Of a DNA stretch of 51,934 nucleotides, positions 46,204-51,934 are shown piece after piece. The notes below the pieces were generated by a model that was given only the letters and a program-made list of their open reading frames with translations, ran no database searches and was not told where the DNA came from. Each line of letters starts with the position of its first letter. Position 1 is the first letter of the stretch. This DNA is from Deltaproteobacteria bacterium (GTDB taxonomy: Bacteria > Desulfobacterota > Syntrophia > Syntrophales > UBA2210), in contig JAGYOR010000001.1 in the NCBI GenBank assembly GCA_018399535.1, positions 1 to 51,934 of the forward strand, written 5' to 3'. Position numbers and translations under genes: made by a program.

Positions 46204-47730
46204 ATGGAAACCTTCGCCCTCGCCGCGGTCAGCCTGACTATCGCCGTTTCTCTGCTGATCAAGAAAAAAAAGGACCCGCTTCATCGGTCTTACGCGATCC
46301 TGTGTCTCGTACTTGCCTTCGAAAAAGGCGCCTTTTTCTTTTACGGCATCACGACGGCCGAGCTCCTGAAATTTCTTCACGCCGCCGGCATGATCCTGCT
46401 TGCTCCGTTGCTTGTTCACTTCGCGCGCCGGTTTATCGGCGAGCGGGAAGCGCTTCTTTCGAGCAGGGTCGTCTGGTACGTCGCCGTTCTCGGTATACTC
46501 GACGCCATGCTGTTTTTTATTTTTCACGGGCGGACGGCACTGGCGGCGCCGCTGCTCTATGGTTACGTCTATGCCGTTGTCGGGTGGTGCTTCGCGGTCC
46601 TGGCCTTTGCGGCGCTGAAGGCGGAAGGAATCCGGAAAAAAAGGCTTCGCTATGTCCTTATCGCCGTCGCGGTCTGGGGAGTGTTGAGTATAAGCGACAG
46701 CCTTCAGCAGGCGGGTTTCGCCGTGCCGGCGCTTTCCGAGATCGGCGCGGCGGTCCTTGTTTACTTCGTGCTGATTGTCATCGTGTATCCCAAGCTGCCG
46801 GAACTTTACGAAATAATGGCGCGGGCGACGATCGTATTTGTTCTGGTTCTTTTCGTGGCCGGACTGTTTTACGCCGTGGCGGTCGTTTTCGGAAACACTT
46901 CCACGCCCATGCCGGATTTCAACCTGGTGCTCATGGCGTCGTTTCTCATCGTGATCTTTATCGATCCCGTGAAACTTCTTCTCAAGCGGGCCATGAGCCG
47001 TCTTCTTTTCGAGGGACGCGCCGCCTTTACCTCGCTCTTCGCGCTTGACGACGAGGTGGAAAAGGAAAAGTCGCTCTTTCTGGAAGAAATGGCCCGCGGC
47101 ATGGCGCACGAGATCAGGAATCCCCTGGGGTCCATCAAGGGCGCGGCCCAGTACCTGAAAACGGAGAGCGAATCGGAAGAAACGCGGCAACTGCTCACGG
47201 TCATCACCGAAGAAACGGACCGGCTTGAAAAGGTGGTGTCCCGATTTCTCAGCTATGCGAATCCCTACGTGGTAAACGCGGCTCCCAGGGACGTGAACAT
47301 GCTGGTCGAGCGGGCGCTGAGCCTGATACGACGGGACGAGTTTCCTGAAAGCATTTCCATCGTGACCGATTTCGCGGCCGATCTTCCTCTGGTTGAAATC
47401 GACGAAGAACAGTTTATGCAGGTTATTTTCAATATTGTTCTCAACGCCCTTGAAGCCATGCCGGAAGGAGGAACGCTTACCCTGTCGACAGCCCTGCTCG
47501 AGGATGAACGGATGCGGGCCGTTAATCTGACGATCCGGGACACGGGCGGCGGCATACCCAGAGAAGCCGCGAAACAGCTTTTCAAACCCTTTTTTACCAC
47601 GAAAAAACACGGCACGGGGCTGGGGCTCGCCATCTGCAGAAAGATCATCGGCGAACACGGAGGATATATCAGGGTATCGTCGCACCCGGGCAAGGGTTCG
47701 GCCTTCCATGTGATCCTTCCAGTGGAGTGA
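46204..47730 (+). CDS. Membrane sensor histidine kinase (NtrB/AtoS-like, HisKA + HATPase_c)
   Basis: About 6-7 N-terminal TM segments. H-box 'MAHEIRNPLGSI', 'NALEAMPEGG', 'IRDTGGGIP', 'GTGLGLAICRKI'. Confidence 0.88.
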   Translation: METFALAAVSLTIAVSLLIKKKKDPLHRSYAILCLVLAFEKGAFFFYGITTAELLKFLHAAGMILLAPLLVHFARRFIGEREALLSSRVVWYVAVLGILDAMLFFIFHGRTALAAPLLYGYVYAVVGWCFAVLAFAALKAEGIRKKRLRYVLIAVAVWGVLSISDSLQQAGFAVPALSEIGAAVLVYFVLIVIVYPKLPELYEIMARATIVFVLVLFVAGLFYAVAVVFGNTSTPMPDFNLVLMASFLIVIFIDPVKLLLKRAMSRLLFEGRAAFTSLFALDDEVEKEKSLFLEEMARGMAHEIRNPLGSIKGAAQYLKTESESEETRQLLTVITEETDRLEKVVSRFLSYANPYVVNAAPRDVNMLVERALSLIRRDEFPESISIVTDFAADLPLVEIDEEQFMQVIFNIVLNALEAMPEGGTLTLSTALLEDERMRAVNLTIRDTGGGIPREAAKQLFKPFFTTKKHGTGLGLAICRKIIGEHGGYIRVSSHPGKGSAFHVILPVE

Positions 47731-47863
47731 ACGGGGGCGTTCTTTCGCGACGTATAATCAAACAGCTTGACAGGAAGGCGGGACCGTACTAGGTCATCCG
47801 TGACCGGTTCATCGGCCGGGATTCATTCCGCCGGGGGCCGGCGTTTTGATTCCGCTCTTCCGC

Positions 47864-47892
47864 TTGCGGGAGCGGCGGGGGATTTGTATAAT
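47864..47892 (+). promoter_or_regulatory. Candidate sigma-70 promoter (TTGCGG-17 nt-TATAAT) inside the kinase/regulator spacer
   Basis: ttgcgggagcggcgggggatttgtataat. Perfect -10 hexamer, about 65 nt upstream of the regulator ATG. Confidence 0.4.
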
Positions 47893-47955
47893 GCCGCTTT
47901 CCCCTCGCGTCAAAGAAAGAACCCGCCGGGGACGGGAAACAGAGTGCCGCTTTCC

Positions 47956-49311
47956 ATGAGAACAATACTGGTTGTCGACGACGAGAAGAATATGCGCCTG
48001 GTGCTCACGGCCATGCTCAGGCGGAAGGGCTATGACGTGGTCGAGGCCGCCGACGGGGTCGAGGCACAGGAGATTCTGCGGAGACGGGATGTATCTGTTG
48101 TCGTTTCGGACCTGAAAATGCCCCGCCTCGACGGGTTCGGCCTGCTGAGCTGGATCGGGCGCGAGTATCCTTCACTCCCGTTTATCATTATCACCGCCTA
48201 CGGCACCATCGCCAACGCGGTCGAAGCGGTGAAAAAGGGCGCGTTCGACTACATTACCAAGCCCTTTGACCAGGAAGAGCTGCAGAACGTTATCGGGAAG
48301 GCGGTGAACACGAAAAACCTGACCGACCGGGAACCACGGGTTTCCGTCGACGAGGCGGAACGGGACGAGATCGTAGGATCGAGCGCTCCCATGCAGAAGA
48401 TATACGACATCGTACGGACCGTCGCTCCCACAACGACGACGGTCCTGGTGCAGGGGGAAACCGGGACGGGCAAGGAACTGGTGGCCCGCGCCGTTCACAA
48501 CGGAAGCCCCAGGAAAGACAATCCTTTTATAAAAATTAACTGCGCGGCCATCCCCGAAAATCTCCTGGAGAGCGAACTTTTCGGTTTTGAGAAGGGCGCT
48601 TTCACCGGGGCGCTTCACAAGAAAATCGGGCGTTTCGAACAGGCGCACGGCGGTACGCTCTTTCTCGATGAAATCGGCGATCTTCCCCGGGACATGCAGG
48701 CCAAGCTTCTGCGTGTCATTCAGGACCAGGAGTTCGAACGGGTGGGCGGCCTGCGCACGGTAAAAGTCGATGTGAGGCTGGTTGCGGCAACCAACCGGGA
48801 TCTGCGAAAAGACGTGGAAAACGGCGATTTTCGGGAAGACCTGTACTACCGCATCAACGTTGTTCCCCTGGAACTGCCGCCCCTGAGAGAGCGAAAAGAC
48901 GACATACCGTCGCTGGCATCTTTTTTCCTGCAGAAGTTCAACCGTAAACTGGATCGCCGCGTGGAAGACCTTGAACCGGAAGTGATGGACCGTTTTATGG
49001 ATTATCACTGGCCGGGCAACATCAGGGAAATGGAAAATCTGCTGGAGCGGCTGGTCCTGCTGGCCCCGGAAGGACGCATTCGTCTCCCCGACCTGCCGCC
49101 GGACGTGTCGCAGGCGGACGGACCGGGGAAGGGAAGCGATTACGGGGCGTTCAAGGAAGTCATTCGGGAAAAGACCGAATCCATGGAACGTGAAATGATA
49201 GAAAACGTCCTGTCGCTTTGCGAGGGAAACGTGACGCAGGCATCGCGCCGGCTGGGTCTCAGCCGGAAAGCCCTGCAATTGAAAATGATAAAATACGGAC
49301 TGCGCAAATAA
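47956..49311 (+). CDS. Sigma-54-dependent response regulator (NtrC family enhancer-binding protein)
   Basis: Receiver 'RTILVVDDEKNMR..DLKMPRLDG', AAA+ 'GETGTGKE', 'GAFTGA', 'FLDEIGDL', Fis-type HTH 'NVTQASRRLGLSRKALQLKM'. ORF-track TTG 47767 trimmed. Confidence 0.92.
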   Translation: MRTILVVDDEKNMRLVLTAMLRRKGYDVVEAADGVEAQEILRRRDVSVVVSDLKMPRLDGFGLLSWIGREYPSLPFIIITAYGTIANAVEAVKKGAFDYITKPFDQEELQNVIGKAVNTKNLTDREPRVSVDEAERDEIVGSSAPMQKIYDIVRTVAPTTTTVLVQGETGTGKELVARAVHNGSPRKDNPFIKINCAAIPENLLESELFGFEKGAFTGALHKKIGRFEQAHGGTLFLDEIGDLPRDMQAKLLRVIQDQEFERVGGLRTVKVDVRLVAATNRDLRKDVENGDFREDLYYRINVVPLELPPLRERKDDIPSLASFFLQKFNRKLDRRVEDLEPEVMDRFMDYHWPGNIREMENLLERLVLLAPEGRIRLPDLPPDVSQADGPGKGSDYGAFKEVIREKTESMEREMIENVLSLCEGNVTQASRRLGLSRKALQLKMIKYGLRK

Positions 49312-49364
49312 AAAAATTGCCCGGGGTGTCGGTCGGACCGATTACTCAGGCGCCGGGACAAACA

Positions 49365-51934
49365 ATGACAATGATCAACAGAATCGAGATAGCCTTCAGG
49401 GATGGCAGGAGGGACGCCCCGGGGGAGAAGACGAAAAAAAACATTCAGGAACACCTGGGTATCAACGTTGACCGGGTGACGACCGTTGATGTTTACACCA
49501 TTGAAGGCGCTTTAACGGCGGAGGAACTCGAGGCGGTCGCGGCGGGTCCATTCTGCGATCCGGTGATTCAGCGATGGGGAATCAACCGGGGCCTGGCGCG
49601 GGACTTCGCCTGGCTCGTCGAAGTGGGGTTTCGGCCCGGCGTTACCGACAACGTGGGAAGAACGGCTTCAGAGGCCGTCCGCTACCTGCTCGGGAGCGAC
49701 AGGCCGGACATTCGGGTATACACGTCGCGCCAGTACGCGATAGACGGCTCCGTTACAAAACATGACGCGGAGCGGATCGCCTCGGGACTTCTTGCCAACG
49801 ACCTGGTTCAGCATTACGAGATTATAGACGGTTCTGACTGGGATCCGGACAGGGGCATCGCGCCGAAAATACCGCGGGTTGCGATCGAAGACGGTATCCG
49901 GGTGGACGAGATCGATCTCGATGTTTCCGACAAACAGTTGCTTCACATAAGCGGCAGTCGAGTGCTGGCGCTCAGCCTCGATGAGATGAAAGCCATCAGG
50001 GATTATTTTTCCGATGCCGGAGTCACCGAAAAACGCGCGGCCGCCGGGCTTTCGCCCCGCGTAACAGACGTGGAACTGGAGGCGCTTGCCCAGACCTGGT
50101 CGGAACACTGCAAACACAAGATTTTCAACGCGGTCATTGATTACGAGGACGAATCGGGCGGGCTGACTTCCATCCGTTCTCTCTTCAAAACCTACATACA
50201 GGGTTCCACCAGGCTCATCAGGGAACGGCTCGGCGACCGGGACTTCTGTCGTTCAGTTTTCAAAGACAACGCCGGCGTGATCGCCCTCAATGATGATTAT
50301 AACCTGGTCTACAAAGTAGAAACACACAATTCCCCCTCGGCGCTCGATCCCTACGGCGGCGCGCTCACGGGAATCGTGGGCGTCAACCGCGATCCCTTCG
50401 GCACCGGCAAGGGTTCGAAGCTGATTTTCAATACCGACGTGTTCTGTTTTGCCGATCCTTTTTACGACCGGCCTTTGCCTGACCGGGTTCTTCACCCCCG
50501 GCGCATTTTCGAAGGCGTCCGGGAGGGCGTCGAGCACGGGGGCAACAAGAGCGGCATTCCCACGGTAAACGGTTCCATTATTTTTGACGACCGTTACCTG
50601 GGGAAACCCCTGGTCTTCTGCGGAACAGGAGGCATCATGCCCGCCCGCATCAACGGCGAACCGTCGCACGCCAAGGAAATTCTGCCGGGAGACCGGATCG
50701 TCATGGCGGGAGGTCGCATCGGCAAGGACGGCATTCACGGCGCCACGTTTTCGTCGGAAGAGCTGCACGAGGGATCGCCCGTCACGGCCGTCCAGATCGG
50801 CGATCCCATCACACAGAAAAAGATGACCGACTTTCTGCTCGCGGCTCGTGACAGGGACTATTACCGGGCCATTACAGACAACGGCGCCGGCGGTCTCTCG
50901 TCGTCCGTGGGGGAAATGGCCGCTCTCTGCGGCGGCTGCGATCTCGATCTTTCAAAAGCGCCCCTCAAGTATCCCGGTCTTCAGCCCTGGGAGATTCTCC
51001 TGTCGGAAGCCCAGGAGCGGATGAGCCTCGCCGTCCCGCCCGGAAAGATGGACGCGTTCATGACCCTGGCGGAACGCATGGGCGTCGAGGCCGCCGATCT
51101 GGGTGTTTTTACCGATTCGGGAATGTTCCACGTTCGTTACGGTGAGCGTCCCGTGGCGTATCTCGACATGACGTTCCTGCACGAAGGATTGCCGACGCTG
51201 CATCTTTCGGCGAAATGGAATCCTCCACGTCACGAGGAACCCTCTTTCCCCGAGCCGGGGGATCTGGGCGGCGCCCTGCGGACACTGCTGTCCCGGCTCA
51301 ACATCTGCAGCAAGGAATATGTCGTACGGCAGTATGATCACGAAGTGCAGGGAGGAAGCGTGATCAAGCCGCTGGTGGGCGTCGCCGACGACGGCCCGAG
51401 TGACGCCGCCGTGCTCCGGCCGCTTCTGGATTCCTTCGAGGGAATCGTCGTGGCCAATGGAATCTGTCCCCGCTACGGCGACATCGACACCTATCACATG
51501 ACGGCCTGCTCAATCGACGAGGCAGTGCGCAACGCCATCGCCGCGGGCGGTTCCCTGGACCGGATGGCCGGGATCGACAATTTCTGCTGGTGCGATCCCG
51601 TGGGGTCGACGAAAATACCGGACGGCGACTACAAGCTTGCGCAACTCGTCCGGGCGAACCGGGCGCTTTACGACTATACGACGCTTTACGGCGTTCCCTG
51701 TATTTCAGGCAAGGACAGCATGAAAAACGATTACGTCGCCGGCGGGACCAGGATATCCATTCCCCCGACGCTGCTTTTTTCCGTTCTCGGGAAAATAGAC
51801 GATGTGCGCCGGGCTGTCACCATGGACGCAAAGCGGGCCGGCGACCTGGTCTATATTCTCGGCGGGACCCGGAACGAGCTGGGAGGATCGGAATGGTTCG
51901 CCCTGCACGGTTACGTCGGGAACGGTGTCCCCAT
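49365..51934 (+). CDS. purL: Phosphoribosylformylglycinamidine synthase (PurL-type, with N-terminal PurS-like region); 3' end runs off the window
   Basis: Not in the ORF track because there is no stop in the window. Hand translation from the ATG at 49365 (or 49371) stays open to 51934. 'EVGFRPGVTDNVG', 'VETHNSPSALDPYGGA', 'ITDNGAGGLSSS', 'ISGKDSMKND'. Confidence 0.85.
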   Translation, partial: MTMINRIEIAFRDGRRDAPGEKTKKNIQEHLGINVDRVTTVDVYTIEGALTAEELEAVAAGPFCDPVIQRWGINRGLARDFAWLVEVGFRPGVTDNVGRTASEAVRYLLGSDRPDIRVYTSRQYAIDGSVTKHDAERIASGLLANDLVQHYEIIDGSDWDPDRGIAPKIPRVAIEDGIRVDEIDLDVSDKQLLHISGSRVLALSLDEMKAIRDYFSDAGVTEKRAAAGLSPRVTDVELEALAQTWSEHCKHKIFNAVIDYEDESGGLTSIRSLFKTYIQGSTRLIRERLGDRDFCRSVFKDNAGVIALNDDYNLVYKVETHNSPSALDPYGGALTGIVGVNRDPFGTGKGSKLIFNTDVFCFADPFYDRPLPDRVLHPRRIFEGVREGVEHGGNKSGIPTVNGSIIFDDRYLGKPLVFCGTGGIMPARINGEPSHAKEILPGDRIVMAGGRIGKDGIHGATFSSEELHEGSPVTAVQIGDPITQKKMTDFLLAARDRDYYRAITDNGAGGLSSSVGEMAALCGGCDLDLSKAPLKYPGLQPWEILLSEAQERMSLAVPPGKMDAFMTLAERMGVEAADLGVFTDSGMFHVRYGERPVAYLDMTFLHEGLPTLHLSAKWNPPRHEEPSFPEPGDLGGALRTLLSRLNICSKEYVVRQYDHEVQGGSVIKPLVGVADDGPSDAAVLRPLLDSFEGIVVANGICPRYGDIDTYHMTACSIDEAVRNAIAAGGSLDRMAGIDNFCWCDPVGSTKIPDGDYKLAQLVRANRALYDYTTLYGVPCISGKDSMKNDYVAGGTRISIPPTLLFSVLGKIDDVRRAVTMDAKRAGDLVYILGGTRNELGGSEWFALHGYVGNGVP

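Noticed and set aside
46261-46270. A8 homopolymer runs inside coding regions (HK2 'KKKK' at about 46262, purL at about 49434, grpE at about 22164, CoA-transferase 2 at about 6052), considered as slippage or phase-variation tracts.
   Set aside because: All encode in-frame Lys runs in poorly conserved N-terminal regions. The tract lengths are below those usually associated with phase variation, and nothing suggests frameshifted alternative products.

Overview
Gene-dense, moderately GC-rich bacterial chromosomal segment; GC was judged by eye, not computed. I found no rRNA, CRISPR array, transposase, integrase or phage genes. The gene content suggests an anaerobe that relies heavily on sigma-54 and two-component regulation: class III ribonucleotide reductase, family III CoA-transferases, an NtrC-type activator and PAS/LuxR systems. 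That lifestyle call is inference only.

Layout, left to right:
(1) An orphan LuxR-type response regulator. It is followed by a 6-gene plus-strand operon encoding a Liv-type ABC importer (2 permeases, 2 ATPases, no binding protein) and two translationally coupled family III CoA-transferases.
(2) A minus-strand block: M90/MtfA-like peptidase, isochorismatase-like hydrolase, MBL-fold hydrolase, a 620-nt non-coding gap, a stand-alone archaeal-type GMP-synthase subunit-B-like PP-loop ATPase, and a hypothetical protein that may be eRF1-like.
(3) A soluble 4-PAS HisKA_3 kinase, a second LuxR regulator paralogous to the first, and a TPR protein.
(4) tRNA-Ala(CGC), an HD-domain dNTPase-like protein and NrdD.
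(5) gmhA, grpE and dnaK.
(6) A secreted single-HKD PLD-like protein, a TPR plus periplasmic-binding-fold lipoprotein, and surE.
(7) A cytidylate-kinase-like protein on the opposite strand, then a geranylgeranyl-reductase-family flavoprotein, a Na+/solute symporter and an RNase D-like protein.
(8) An 8.2-kb, 10-gene minus-strand type II FAS/PKS-like operon. It encodes FabD, an acyl-CoA dehydrogenase homologue, KAS III, FabA, FabG, FabZ, KAS I/II, ACP, a PlsC-type acyltransferase and a PPTase. It has no recognisable enoyl-ACP reductase and is preceded by a good sigma-54 -24/-12 element.
(9) glmM with an ADP-ribosylglycohydrolase, then a radical SAM enzyme and rmuC.
(10) A membrane histidine kinase with an NtrC-family sigma-54 activator, and the 5' part of purL.

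The most system-like, least textbook element is the sigma-54-fronted accessory lipid/polyketide-like operon. The secondary candidates are the binding-protein-less ABC/CoA-transferase module and the PP-loop ATPase/eRF1-like pair. All functional calls rest on motif recognition by eye, because no database search was possible.
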